DNA of 64,000 nucleotides. Source: Ramazzottius varieornatus (lineage: Eukaryota > Animalia > Tardigrada). The position numbers and the translations under genes were made by a program. Every line of letters begins with the position of its first letter. Position 1 is the stretch's first letter. Below are positions 1-13,924 of this stretch, in pieces. The stretch is from positions 6,996,448-7,060,447 of the forward strand of contig BDGG01000002.1 in NCBI GenBank assembly GCA_001949185.1, read 5' to 3'. The notes beneath the pieces are model-generated. The model searched no databases, was not told where the DNA came from, and was given only the letters and a program-made list of their open reading frames with translations.

Positions 1-3000
1 TATGACTATGCGACCAATAATCGCGTTATTGCCGTCTATCATCCAACTTCCTGAATGGTACCCGATGTCAAGTCACACAGTACACGACGTATGCACGGTC
101 ATGACGTACAGCGCCACATCACTTCATACCAAATACAGTCTCTGATGAAACCCAGTATATAGGCCATTCCGCATGCAACGACCCGGCACTTTTCACCATA
201 CCTAGAAGGAAAAACGTGTCTAGCGTTCATGGGAATTTTTATGGATTAGCCCTGTTGCACTTTTGACCTCTTGGACATTCGTTTGAGCCACATCCTCAGA
301 CAAAGGTTATCAAACAGATCTTGCGCTATCATCTGTCTCGGAGCTCAGCTATTGAGCCGGCACTGCCGTTGTTAGTCTAGTTCATCCTACCACCAAAGTC
401 TGCATGGCCTCGTCTTGCAGAGTCCAGCTTTTTGTAGGAATTCTACCGACGTCATTCAAGATGCCTCCCTGTACGAGGATACTGGTCTTTTCGTTGTTGA
501 TTACCTGCTTAGTCCAAACTATTTTTGCCAGGCCCTTGTCTCCTAATTCAACGCAGGAACTAGAGTAAGTGTAGTATAATTGCTCGTTAGTCTTCATCTA
601 ATACAGGTATCTCACACCTATTTTTATGGATCGGGGAGTATTTACTAACCTGCAGTCTTGGTTGTTAGGCTAATGAGGGTGCGTCGAAGTGGAATATCTG
701 ACCAACGCCTTGCGGAGCTGGAAGCCATCATTGCCATGTCTAGAGCGAGACGAATTCAACACGCCGGTCATCACGGAAAGCTCCATAGTACGGCGTCGTA
801 CGGCTATGGAATGTTCAACCCGGAAGAAATGTAAGTCTTACTTATACCGCACTAAAGAGATGTTGTATGGTACCGGAAGTTCGTAAACACGATCTCGAAG
901 AATAAAAGAAATTCCCGTATGAGCCCTACTCCAATGGATAATGACGTGCAAGCCTGGAGGCAAAAGGTTTACCTTCGTTATAGAAGGTTTTTTTCTTTGC
1001 AGAGGATAGGTGAGTCTGAGCGACTCAAAGGACCTTCTGGGAAAAACCTGCTCCTCTCTGCTGAATGTGAGGCTCCGCTGTTACGAAAAGAAAGATCCGA
1101 CTTCCGGCTGAAGGTGCCGCATTTGGAAGCTTGACGCATCCCACTTCTGAGAATCTCCTCCTACTTTTCTAGTTTTTGTTGTGCTTAATTTATTTTCCGT
1201 TCGTCTCGAAACTTCATTTCATTCGTTTGGTTTTTTGATGCTTCGCTTAGATCTGTCGCTTTGGCGAACTTTGCGCATTCGAGTGATGACGACCTTGTGA
1301 GAGAAAATGGCAGCTAGCGCCGTTAACCGTCCAGCTATGGCTGCTAGTTGGTTATACAATAGTTATCTCGACAGATATTTGACGATCACTCGCACTATGT
1401 TCGTGTCGACTTTCTAAAGAGTAAATTATTATCAGTATTTCGTCACCTCTCGGGAGCCTTAAACTTAGCTTGTTTACGTAAGCTATACAAAGCCACGCTG
1501 CCATCATGCTGCTGTTGAAGAACCATTAGCACCAAACGGAAACGGTAACATTGACAGTTGGCTCATGCCACAGCAAGCAGGAAGTTTACTTCCGTTTACA
1601 TGCGCCCATGGAGCATGGTCCGTCCTTTGACCAGGTTCCAAGAAGTCGGTCGAACTTGTACCGTATTTCCTCCCACAAAGGATATTTCGTTTGAGAAACA
1701 GACACCTTCTAAGGGTTTGTCGCTCATAACGTCAGCCACATTTCGGACCATAAGCCTTACTGAAACCTGATGCTAAACGAAGTGGGCACGTGGAGAACTC
1801 GTGTAGGCAAGAAGAGACCAATGAAAGAAAAACTACGATTTCGGTGACATCATCCGCCGTGAAGTCGAACAGATATTCGATGGCACCATCATCAAATTTT
1901 ATACGAAATGGACCCACTTCAAGCAGATCAAACACACCCCGAGCTTAACAACTCGTGGACTAAATCTTACGGCGACATAGTTCCTCGTTCAACAACGAAT
2001 CCGCATTCTGTAGAAGAAAGTCATAGGGTATTCGGTCACACCCTTACAGTTAGCTGCCTACATTGGAATCAAGACCTGGACGTTGTTGTACTACTGTCAT
2101 ACGGAAGGCTCCTTTCCGCAAAGATCCCAGGGCTAAACAGCACAAATCTACGTGGAACGCCTTGGAGAACTAACGGTCCGAATCACCCACGTAAGCCCAG
2201 AATGAAGCCTTCAAGGCTCAAGCCTCAGATCAGACGTATAAGAAAACAACAAGGTTCGCTGGCTGCCCTTCTAGAAATTGAACTCCGTCGTGTCAGGCTT
2301 ACCTTACCAGTGCACGACTCCGGAAACAGCAGCCTCCGTAGTCCGTACTGCGAGCAGCAGGTCCATGAGTGAAGAGAGTGAGTGGGCTGCGGTCTTTCGC
2401 AAGTGCATCCATTCCGTCAGCATCCAGGCGTTGCCCACAGGCCAGAAAGTCCTCTTTCGTTCGATCGGCCTCCCATTGTCAGAAAACTGAAACATATTCA
2501 ACTCAGAATCAGCTCCCTTGAGTAATTTCTCAAAGAGACATTGACTTACGTAGTTCCTTATCTTACAGTTTCAGTAGAGTAACGATGCAAAACTGTGTAG
2601 AACGCTTCTGCAACGACGTCATTGTTTTCCCGAATTGTGATCTTGCAACAGAAGACGGAGGATTTAGGCGATGCTGTGCGCTGCAGCCAGGCTAGTCAAG
2701 CTCAGATCCCGATACAGAAACAATTCGAATACTACGGGTTACTTATACAATCCCGATTAGCATCCAAGAATGCGATTTCATCACTTTATTGTACCTGGCA
2801 CTGATAGGACACTGATTTCGCTTCTGCCGTTCTGTTATTCGCAAAGTACGGTTCCTTCCCTGATATCGCTTACGACGAGTCCTCCAGTTCTTGCTTTGGG
2901 TACTGTCTACAGAAGAACTGAGCAAGCGACGAGGACAGATCAGATGATTTCAGATCCACTGTCCGCAAGTTCACAACCCAAGATTCTGCAAACCATGCAG

Positions 3001-3384
3001 AACAGAATCAAAATTTGAACCGGAAAGGAAAAAGCGCTTAATCCCGAAACCTACAATCAAGCTCGAGAGCAATCAATGTTATCATGTGGTCGTGGCTTTC
3101 CTTGATGCATTGATCGACAGGCTGCCGCCTTCCTGAGTAGCGAGTTTGCGATATTTACTCTTCATCCACGGATTCGACCACTGCCCGATCGCGATGCAGT
3201 CATCCCCATGATCCTACTCATCCCAGAAGGAACAGTCTCGTTTATGCTCTCGATACCTTTCTGCTCACCACACCCAGGAGACTTCTTCGGTCCATCCTGC
3301 TGGTACGATACAAGGTGAGATTGAGTAGCATGAAGTGAACACTGGACAGTGGACAGCTGCCAGTTTCACGTGTTTGCCGTATGC

Positions 3385-3423
3385 CATAGCCCATAGACCA
3401 TAGACATAGCCCATAGACCATAG
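3385..3423. repeat. Tandem duplication of CATAGCCCATAGACCATAG (2 copies, 20-nt period)
   Basis: Read directly from the sequence upstream of the Slp start codon. Confidence 0.85.
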
Positions 3424-3516
3424 TATACGTACGTACTTATTGTGGTAAGCTTAAGAGTTGTTTATAGCTCGTTTGACCATCTGCTTGCTCCAGAGCGGGC
3501 GGTGCTCATATTTCCC

Positions 3517-5528
3517 ATGGCGGCGACACAGGATTCCGACAACGCGGTGGAACTGGTCCATCACCTCGAGAAACTGACCAGAGTGGAACGTGAGCAGATT
3601 CGCAAAGTGTTGGAGCGGGATGGTTCCGTGCGGAAGCAGCAAGACGATGAGTTCCGGTATGGTTTCAGAATATACTGTGATCTTTGGACTTGTATAACGA
3701 ATCGTGATCATGTTCGTTCCTGTTTCTGCCGTAGGACGCTAAAAGCTGAAATCGAGGAGCTTCAGCGTGCTCGAGATGCTGAGATCGATTTTGGTCTGGA
3801 ACGAAACGCCTGTTCCTTATGCATGATGGAGTTTGGTCATTTCTTCGATCGCGGAGCAGCTTGCCCGTGGTGTCGACGCAAGGTCTCGTTGAAACCGTTA
3901 TTGTCTTGCATTTTCCATGTTTTGACTTGTAACTTGTAGGTTTGCAAAGCCTGTCGCCTGTGTGCCTACGTTCAGAAGAAGCGAAGGTGGATGTGTACAC
4001 TCTGCACCAAAGAATGGCAACTTCGCAAGCTGTCTGGCGACTGGTTACAAGTCGGCAAGAAGACTCGCATGTCCAACACTTCCGCTGCCGTCGTTGTCCT
4101 CAAGTCCATCGTTAGTATGCAGTTCAAACAGTCCGCCAGCAAAGATAAGAAGGCCGTCTTCCTACAAGAAAGCTCCTCCGAAGCCAATACGTCTCATAAA
4201 ATTCCGAAGTTCGGTTTGGGAAAGGAAGGGAAGATCGGAACTGACGGACATGTTAGTGACTTCCGGTCACTCTATCAGATTTCATGTATCGTTATGAATG
4301 CGCTTTTGTCTTCTAGAAGCAACCTCAGAGTGACGGGCTGGTTGTAGAAAACCTGGTCAAAGGATCGACAGCTTCCCTGATGGACAAGGTGCGGGACTGC
4401 ATCCATCACGCTAAAGGTGGTATCCTCCACGTTCAAAGTGAGGCCATGGTGTACCTGAAGACCCACACTGTCAATCGCACTGCCGTGAACGGTATTACAC
4501 CTCGTCCTCTGACGTTGTCTCAAGAAAGTTCCGTCGGTCAGCCTGACTTCAGCGCGGGTTTGGCCACGTCACGAGATGAGTTCTTCACGGCACATAGCAC
4601 AGAGAACCTACATAAAAAGGGTCATTCTTTCAGTGGCACGTTCAGTTATACTTCCAGTCACTTCTTAGCTCACACAGAGAAAGGGAATATGGTCACCTCC
4701 ACACCACGTAAAGATAGTCCACATGTGAATGGTACATACTTGATTCCGAACGTAGTTCACCACGACTTGTCGTTCTCCAGTCTGACTAGCGAGCTTGAGT
4801 GTCAGGCCGTCGGTTCCACGGCTCATACTGGCGGGGATGTGGAGTTACGCGTTGAACTGGACTACGAAATGGGGACGCTGAATGTGACGATTTTTCGTTG
4901 TCGAAACCTTCCCTCGGCGGCCAAGTCGTCTTCGAAGATGCCAGACGCTTACGTCAAGGTAAGAGCTTTTTCGGGCTAAATGACGAACTTGACAGCGATA
5001 AAAAATATCCTAAACTAACATTTATCAGGGAAAAGGAGGAAGGTAGGAAAGCAAAGTCGGTAAGATCGTTTTCCGAAAGGGCGCCAGGTTTCAGCCGACA
5101 ATACGTATAACATGCGCCACTTGGGAAAACCGTCTTTTCAACTGTTTTTTGCTGAGCTCCCAAATCACGAAGACATTCCAAGATATTTTTAACAGGATCG
5201 GACATGGATAATAAACTGGACGTTTAGCTTTTGGATGTTGTAGGTCTTTCTTTGTGGATCGAAAGGTGGTCGACTGAAGCAGAAGACTAAGGTGGCGCAG
5301 AAGGGTTTCAACCCGGTTTACGACGAGGTCTTGTGCTTCTCGGTCACCAAGGAGGAAGTGGCGGACTGGTCTCTCTACATTAAAGTCTGCTACAAGGATC
5401 GACGCTTCAGTCACGCCTTCAAGGGTGGGTCCTTCCGAACTGCCGTTCTAGGAGAAACTACGGTGATGATTACAAACAGTCTGCTAGACGCGAAGCATCC
5501 GACCTGGCTGAAGCTACACCGTAAGTGA
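3517..5528 (+). CDS. Synaptotagmin-like protein / Rab effector (Rab-binding helix + FYVE-type Zn finger + one C2 domain)
   Basis: Exons ~3517-3656, 3735-3882, 3940-4250, ~4317-4958, 5244-5528 with GT-AG introns. Protein contains 'LEKLTRVEREQIRKVLERD', 'CSLC...CPWCRRKVCKAC...WMCTLC', 'SGDW' and the C2 domain 'GDVELRVELDYEMGTLNVTIFRCRNL...PDAYVKV...NPVYDEVL'. Confidence 0.85.
5035..5163. mobile_element. Palindromic ~125-bp dispersed repeat, copy in Slp intron
   Basis: aagatcgttttccgaaagggcgcc...atgcgccacttgggaaaac...gctgagctccca. Confidence 0.65.
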
Positions 5529-5534
5529 GTCTTG

Positions 5535-5558
5535 GCTGCTGCTGCTGCTGCTGCTGCT
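5535..5558. repeat. (GCT)n microsatellite
   Basis: About 8 GCT units just after the Slp stop codon. Confidence 0.9.
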
Positions 5559-5969
5559 GTTGTGGCAGAACCATGGTTTGAATTTTTATCCGTTTGTCTA
5601 AAATTCCCGTTTATTTCTTGACGATGTATTGTCCGCGGTATAAGCTGTGTGCTTTATATGGTTTACATTATTCTGTGCCAAAGTTTACCTGTGATTTTTA
5701 CTTTTGTACCAGTTTAGACTTTCTCTACCGTTCAAGCAGCACATGATATGGGGGTTGCAAATTGTGGTGTAACCAGAGTTGGGAATAGAGATACGATTAG
5801 GTTTGGCCACAATACGCCAATCGCCGTAAAGAGTTCGCCGATAAAGTTCGCTGTGGAATGTGTAGTCCACTTTGTTACGCATTCTGAGAGTTGCGCAGGA
5901 GGAGGTGTGCTAATCCAAAGAAGTTTCGAGTCAAGTCAGCAGTGAACGCGGAAGACATCCTTGGGAAAA

Positions 5970-6676
5970 ATGGTTCTAAATAGCTCTATTCTTCTTGTCT
6001 TCCTGGTTTCGGGAATCGCCACCACCGCATTCGCCGTTAATATCGTCATCGACAAACCTGCAGTGGAATTTCGAGGTGCTGCCTACTTTTTCATCTGACC
6101 TTCCTCCTTCTTTCCCGTAGTATGCTATCATGTGACGATCAACGGTAGCGTTTTTGCAGAGGATGAAACCTTCAGTTGCCGTGTTTGCCATCCTTCATTT
6201 ACGCCCGAATGCGCCAACAGGGTAGACTGCTGCGTGGATCCGGACGTCGGAATGATTCAAGGTAACGTATCGGTTTGACGGCCCTTTGCCGCGTGAAACT
6301 ATTAATAGGACCCATAGGTACATCTGATCTGTTGTAGCCTGCGCTGCGTTGGACGGGAAAGTCTGCCATAAGATCGAAGAGACGAGAGGTTCCTGTAAGT
6401 CCATCTTTGAGCTGGCGGTTCTTCCAACAGTGCGTCCAGTAACCAGTGTCTCTCATCTCACTTATTGTTTCTGCAGTCATGAACGTCACTCGTGGATGCG
6501 GGAAGCGGTTCGCCTTTGGAAGCCCTGGTCAGGCGGACACCGTATGCATCACCAACGGAAACCGGGAAGTCTGCAACTGCATCAGCTCGTATTGTAATAA
6601 TGGCAGTCGTTTCACGATTCCTGCTGTTGTCTTTGCGGTTTTGCTGACAACAAGTCTGCGCTTCGCCAAAGTTTGA
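5970..6676 (+). CDS. Ly6/uPAR three-finger, quiver/sleepless-like GPI-anchored protein
   Basis: Exons ~5970-6075, 6160-6261, 6338-6394, 6478-6676 join in frame. Signal peptide MVLNSSILLVFLVSGIATTAFA, then 'FSCRVC', 'VCHKIE', 'VTRGCG', 'VCNCISSYCN' and a hydrophobic C-terminal GPI-type signal. Confidence 0.75.
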
Positions 6677-7082
6677 AATACTGTGCTGCTAAGTTATCTT
6701 CGCGTTGCACGAGCACTCTGTGATAAAATTATCGTTTACAAGTGCTGAAGTTCCCAAGACCTTCGCATGGCGACAGACTGCATGACTGCTTGATACGGTC
6801 CTGCATTCCGCTATTCTAGACTTCTTCACGACGTAGACTGAAAGAGCTTTCAAGCAATCAAAACACCCACCGCATTACTTCGGAAGGAACAAGTTAGGAT
6901 AAGATGAAGGCTGAGAGTTAGCCATTCCACACAAAGCCAAGCAGACACGAAAGAAAGCAATCCCCGAGTCAGGCATCAGCCCAAAACTGATCACCCCAAA
7001 ACTCGCGACATCATAAGAGAAAGTAATCGCCACCGGCTTTATAAGAAGTGTGCAACAGACACAAGTATTAGTCGGAAGAACA

Positions 7083-9063
7083 TCATGCTTTAGGCTCTGG
7101 CGGAAGTAGCGCTAATAGCTCTTGGATATCCGAATCACACTGTTCATCTTCCACACACAGTCGCTGGACTTCCAGCGCGTCCTTCAGCCATTTCCTGGCT
7201 TCGACTTTCTTTCCCTCTTTGGCAAAACACTGCAAAACACATCACTCGTACAACTAAGATACTAACTTCGAACGTTTGCTAGACGGCAACCATGTTTCAC
7301 GCACCTGCATACCCCAGACTGCAGTCTTAGTGAGGTTCTTTGGTAAGGAGGTGGGATGCATGTCATTAAATTTTGCAGTTTTTCTTTACTATCTCGTAAT
7401 GGTAGAGTGATTTACCTTGGCGATGTAATACATATTACTTTTGAACATCTTTGGTTTCAGCATTTCCGCTTTGAGGAAACATTCCCTCGCATCTTTCACA
7501 TCGACGTTCGCGTATTTCCCAAACAGCGTCCGAACAGCCGTCCTCTCTAACCAGCCCAACTGCGATATTTCAAATATCCACCGCCCGAGTATGTGGTGTA
7601 GTGAAGGATCGTTCGGTCTCAGTTCCATCGCTGACTGCAGGAACTCCCTTGTTGTCAACCCATAATTAATCTTTTGGTTCGTGTCAGTGTACCTCGCGAG
7701 TCCGCCAGTCGTTAACGCTGACCATTTCAACACATCGGGCGAAGTAGCGTCTAACTTCCTGGCAGAGTCAGCATATTCTTTGGCTTCCCGGAGGAGTTCC
7801 GTTCTTCTCTTGGGATCTTTCTTTATGCATTGGTTGGCGTAGACGAAGGTGGCCTTAGCGAGCCGCCATAAGTACTGCGCGTTATCGGGGAAGAGGTCTT
7901 CCTTACTTTTGATTTGCTCGAGTGCGGCGAGAACCTGTTCGTCTGTCACGGAAGAATCAAGCATGATGTCCAGGCTTTCGAAAGGCGTGGATGATTCTGC
8001 TGTGATGTATAAAGGATCTCCTCTGAAAGTACATGGCATCAGTTACTTAACCAACTTAAGCGACAGACCTCGATGAAACAGCTAGCGAAATCATCTGGAA
8101 CTTCAGTAACAAAATTGGGAGCTCGGCTCACAAACCTCAGCAGATCGTTTTTCCAAGTAGCGCACACCTTCGGTTATCTCAACTGAAGTCATGCGCCATT
8201 TGGGAGAAAGATCAAGTCCAGCTGGTTTGCCGAACTCCCTATCACTAAAAACCTATCTCTGACTCTTCGACGACGATAGCCATTCGGACAGTCACACGAC
8301 CCATGAAGACGATCCGGACTGTAAGATAATGGATGTCTTTGCAGAAATCATGCTACCTTTCGTATTCGCGTTCAAAGGTTAATCCACTCTGCAATTCTTC
8401 GTCGAAGTAATCAGCCGATGCATCTTCAAAGTATTCCGACTCGTCATCACTCGGACTCAGGACAGGAGCCACAGGACGCAGTCCAGCCAAGGAAAGATGT
8501 AACGGATTCGCTTCCCCGTTATCTCTATGACCATTTGTCAAACGATGGTTGAATCCAGGCTCGGAGAATGACAGTGGACTAACACCATTCTTCCTCAATA
8601 TCGACTTCAGCTGTCCCGCAGGTATTCTTCCTTCTTCCGCCGCGGAGAAATACACGCTTTCTTCGGAGTCCGAGTCATAAAACTGTAACCGTCTCGAGCG
8701 TCGTCGACGTAGGAGTCCAGGCGAAACTTCAGCATCGGGTTCTTTCTGTATATGCGTAATGGTCTGCTGCACTTGCACCATGCCTTGTTGAAGGCTGCGT
8801 AACTCCTTGTGAACATCGCCCACGGACTTGGATAGGACCTCGACCTGTTGGTTCAGCTTGTCTGTCCATCTTCGGTAGAGGAATACGCCAGTGCCTCCGA
8901 CGACGATACCTACTCCCAGAGCGGAGCCAGCTATAACTAGGGTTTTACGGTCAAAGGTAGGATGGAATTCCCAAAAGCCCGATGTGGCCTCTTCAGCGCT
9001 GGTCTGGACTACCTCGTCTCGCGAGACAAGCTTCGCCGTCAGAGATTTATCCATAGGGAACAT
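7083..9063 (-). CDS. Regulator of microtubule dynamics protein, RMDN2/RMDN3 (PTPIP51)-like: TM helix, coiled coil, FFAT-like motifs, TPR domain
   Basis: Exons 9063-8357, 8022-7416, 7229-7083. TM 'LVIAGSALGVGIVVGGTGVFLY'; RMD TPR motifs 'YLWRLAKA', 'LKWSAL', 'PNDPSLHHILGRWIFEISQLGWLER', 'EARKWL'. Start codon uncertain. Confidence 0.88.
8116..8240. mobile_element. Palindromic dispersed repeat, copy in RMDN intron
   Basis: tgggagctcggc...cagatcgtttttccaagtagcgcac...atgcgccatttgggagaaagatc...tttgccgaactccc. Confidence 0.75.
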
Positions 9064-12000
9064 GGAAGACAAGTTTCCAGGCAGCACAGTATAGATGTCA
9101 TTCAGATGTCAACGGAAGTCAGATGGGGAACAAATCAGCTGGTTCGCTTCGCGTCGTCCAAAGGCGTAGTAGGCCGATCTCAGACTCGGTATCATCCCTG
9201 GGTGCTGTGTGCCTTGCTGAGATCCCTCTTTTACGAACAGCATGAAAGAAAGCTACGGGCTGCAGAGTTCAGACTTCAGACGAGTAGAACGAAAAAATTT
9301 GGAGGAGCAATCTAACTAATTTTGTGAATGAGAAATTATTTGAATCTAACCCTCGGCTTTCCGGGGCACCAAGGGCTTGCGTTACCGCTGCCGGTGCTGC
9401 CGGTGCAGCCGCTGCAGCGGCTTGCGGCTACGGCCACTGCGCACAAAATATGCGGCTTCCCCCTTGGGCGGACAAAACGAACAAGCAGCCAGTCTGCTCG
9501 CATGTTGCGTTACTGGTCCATTGATGGAAAGCCGTGGTAGCTGTTGAAACCTAAAAACCTGCGATGTATTGGATTTGAAAATTCAAAATCTTCACACCGT
9601 TACTCGTTACTCATCACTTTGTCTCAAAAACACAAAATTAGTGGTCCTTCGCAGTAACTTTTCTTCCCGACGTTGATGGAAGCGCAGTCGTTCTTTCAAC
9701 CGTATGTGTGTAGATCGGAAGTGCTGTGGAACGAGGGGGGATCGTCCAGGAACTCATTATCGAACTCGGCGGGATCTCTCTGTGGTTAGAGTTCCACAGA
9801 AGTCCTGGGTAGAATGATCATTGATCAGAAGGTAAACGAGGCTTGTGTTTCTCCCGCACTTCCTGCATCTATTGTCCGATCAATTTTCGTACCACCCATA
9901 TGCCTTTTACGCCCTCTCCTCTCCCCTGTAGACTCACGGAACAGCCGTCGATATGGTCTGCATGGTTTCCACATGCAGCGCCAAAATATTGTTGTTGAAA
10001 GGAAAAGTTGTACAACAAGTCCCCGCGTTGCCTCTTACCATCTCAATGGATCTACACCGAATACTCGGCAAGACGATTGTCTCGACTGTTTTCACTAGAA
10101 GCGGTGGCGCTCGTGATCAGTAAGGTAGGTTTGTTGCTGTCTCGTACGAGCACAGGTAATCGAGTAGTTCGCTACAGTTTCACGCAACTTTACACCGCTG
10201 GCGGTATTTCTTCTTCGCACGTCAAATACTTAAGGTCTTGCTTGTTGAATTACAGGATACAGTGCAGTGTCTTGGCGCTGTCTCTCTGGCCGACGGAAAG
10301 TGGATCATTTCCACGGGATTTACGAGCGCGGTGACGTGATATACCTCAGCTGTTCCGCTTGGCAGTCGAACTTTGACGATCAAGTATCGGCACTCGCGTC
10401 TTCACAGCCGCGCTACTGAAGGAGAGCAAAGAGATTCGAAGAGTTTCCGTAACCGATTTGGCTTCTTCGCTTTCTCTTCTTCTGGCTCATTTGGAGGAGG
10501 AACGACCAGTCAAGGGTTGGTCTTGGACGGAGAAGTTATTTGGCCGTCTCTTCCCTTGTGATGGTAGGAAGGCCGGAAAGAGCGCTTTTGTGTCTGGCCG
10601 TTTATTTACATGGCAATAGTCACGCTGTTCTTCGTTCGTCATTAGAACTTTTTCCTGCTTCTGGCCATTTACGCGAAGCATTATCATAACGCCGTGTGCT
10701 GTTTTAGTGAACAAAGACTGTCGCCGAGTTGTCTCGTGAACATCCCTATGGACGTTGCTTCTGGTGGAATGTACGGACGAAAGACGCTCGAATGGAGGAC
10801 CACGCCGGATAACCAACGATGAAAGAGTTCGGAGGTGAGACTAAATTTCTCGATTATTTTGGAAAAGGTTTTGGGAGGGGGAGGATTCGACTAATCGATG
10901 TAATGAGAGGCATTATCGCATGATAATGTTGATAGATTGGTGCGAGCGTGGTGCATATTCGGACAGGCTAGCGTCATACCATTTATCCAAACCATATTGA
11001 AAACGTTGCTTTTATGAACTCAGCTGCGTGATGATCAATTGCGGAAGTTCAGTCGGAAATCGATTTGATCGATCTTCGCGGTGAAATCGATTGACCGTGA
11101 GCTTAATTATAACTTGGCTTACAATAGCCACAATGGGGTTCTTTCTCCTGTACGAAAAATCTGTATTATGGAGGTAAAGGATGCTGTTTTTGGGTTCCCG
11201 AGGGAAAACTCTGGGTTTTTGCTCCGATGACGAGCTAGCTCAAGAGTTTATGTGTTGGCGAGTTTGTTGTCGTTCTCGTTTGAGCAGATTCGCAGCTGCT
11301 TTTCTGACTTGCATCGACAGAATGATTGATCCACATAGATGTCGAATGGCGACTAATTATAGCTCTTCAGTGATCTCATTAGGGTGGAAATTGCGTAACG
11401 GTTTTGTTGGGGCTTAAAGTTTCGAGTTGCAAACTGTGGCAGTTCCGCAGGAAAGTTTGTAGACGACTAGACGTTGAAGGGGGCATGAGGATATGTTTAA
11501 TAAGAGTAAGGCCGAATGAATGGAAAATGGTTGGCAATGAAGTTCTTTGCTTCTTTGTCGAAGTGGCTCATTTGGTCAAGAATGCCGGGTATTAATAAAA
11601 AGGTCTTATCACACTGTAGCGTGACAAAAAGCCATTGACGGTACGGGCCCTTGAAGTTTCATGACGTGTAAAACCTCTGTTTACATAATGATCGTGTTTT
11701 TCCACATTTCTGAATAATTGACCATATTCAGCAGGAAAGGCAAGTTAAATGTTCGCGTGCAGCCAGAACACGAAAGGAGCTTTACTGTACACAACACACA
11801 GCAAAGTGCATCAAACCATTAAAAGATTATATTTTTATCTCCCTATTCTCCTACGTGAGGTCGACCGAGATAGTTCTCGCACGCTTCACTTTCTTGCATA
11901 CTCAAGCAGCAGACAGAACATCCTGTTCGTTGTATGCAGGTTCCTGAGATACAGATGGGGTTAATTTAATTGCAGACATCTATGCACCTAGGCCCTACAG

Positions 12001-13908
12001 TAAACACCTGGGTCCTTGTACGCAGGTGGGTGCGTCTTGGATGGCTCTTTATTTTGGTCGTGGTGGGACTGGGCTATGGGATGTACTTCAGGCATAATCT
12101 GTTAGATTTGATCAAAGAATTAGTCGTTAACCTGGGTTTCGGTTGAGCAGATATGACAGAAAATGGTAATTTATGAGGCCTGGTGTTTCTCCGAATTTTT
12201 TCTGCCGGCTGGTTATGTTTAAACGGATCATTTGCCACGAGCTGGACATTATCTACTATAAACATCGCTGATACCGTATGTGGGCCACGATAATTTATTG
12301 CATGTGTCAAAAGCAAAAAAGTGGCTTTGCGGCGGTATTATTATAATCACTTGTCGCCCTTCTGAACTTCTTGCCGAAAAACAGTTTTATTGTTAACGCC
12401 ATCGAACCCTCGCTCGGTTCGCCGATCGCGAAAAAGGTCCATGCACGTGAGAGAACTCGCCATTAACTTCCAACGAATTCCTAATTATAATTTTATTGTT
12501 TGATTATTCAGACACATATTCCGCAATATATATCCGAGCGTATAAAAGTCGGACGTTGCTTGCATACGAAAAGTTTCATTTTGACTGACTGGACCGTGAA
12601 AAGCCTGTACGGTCTTCCTTTCAACTTTTGCTGAAAAGCCGAATGGCGGCTTCTGTCATCCACAGTTCAAAAGCCTTTGACGTCCGTGTGATAATCACAG
12701 GATAGAATTAATTTCTGGTGAGTTTATACGGATGGGAATGTCTTGTCGATTGGTCTCTCCTTTGATTGCAGTCGATTGCGCCTTTGGGCCGTATACCGGT
12801 AATGCAGGATATCGTGAGCTTCCGTCAGCCCCGCTTGATAGTGAACAGTGCTTCCGTGGAACGAAAGAAAATGCATATCACATTACTCTTCATACTGCGC
12901 TTCCTCATCAATTTTACAGTTTTACGACAACTGGCCAAGCATCGCAAGCAAGATGTTGTGTAGACAAACAAGAATGGCTTGTGCTGCCATTGAAACTGGT
13001 CACCAGAGGTTGCTCTGACCGCTATAGACTGGACAAGAGATGAGACTGTGGAATGTCTTCGAGCCGGTTCCAAAATTTATGGACGGAAAGATTCGGTCTC
13101 TGTAAGCTTATCCTCATCAGACTCGCCAAGGATTACACTTCCTTGCCGACCTAACCGAAAATATTCGGATAAAATCCATTCGCATGTCGATCAAGATGTC
13201 TGCAGTTTGAATCATCTTGGGTTACAGAAGGCTTTATAATCGATGCTGGCAAAGTCAACTCATTTTGTGGGAAGACTCTTTCCAGAAGGGCAGAAGTATC
13301 GAGGACAAACACAAGGACCTGTCAATAAGGACTACGTGCCCGGAACGTGATGGGTATCGCGTTGGAGGAACTAGGAAGTCAGTTTTACATAACATATGTC
13401 TCGTTCGTGCAGTGGCAGGTTTATGAAATTTCAGAAGCCCATCGCTTCGTGCGTGAAAAGCGTGGTCGAATCTGGATGATGAGCAGGTTTCGACACAAGT
13501 GGCTGGATTTGTGGGTTTTCGAGCTTGGAGCGTGTCTAACAAGCCTACTATTCCCAAACCTTTACTTCAGTTTTCGCAGAAGACATCTAGAATCTCGGCA
13601 GGATTGTGATGGTCACGTGTAAATGGAATCGGAATTTGAGATAGTTTCCATCCTATCCCACATAGTAACTGTTCAGCTTTTGATGTTGACCACTGGCTAG
13701 ACTAAACCAAAATTTACTGTCCCGCAGGGACGGTAAACTTTAACTGAACACTCGCTTCAGCTATGAACGGGTCGAACTAGAGGAAATTCTTAATTTGGAC
13801 AGGAATGTGTGAAACAGACTGCGGGTGGCCACCATTTTGTGGTTTCTGGAGCCTATCGGTGGACCACCGGTCACCGGTCCACGGAGTGATCACTCAACTG
13901 TGCTGCGG

Positions 13909-13924
13909 CCGGTAGATGGCGCTG
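13909..13924 (+). promoter_or_regulatory. Candidate CTCF-type site CCGGTAGATGGCGCTG
   Basis: Fits the CC(A/G)SYAGRKGGCRS consensus in non-coding DNA. Motif match only. Confidence 0.35.

Noticed and set aside
382-790. 71-aa minus-strand ORF with an upstream exon-like block
   Set aside because: Splice phases do not give a continuous frame and I recognise no domain.
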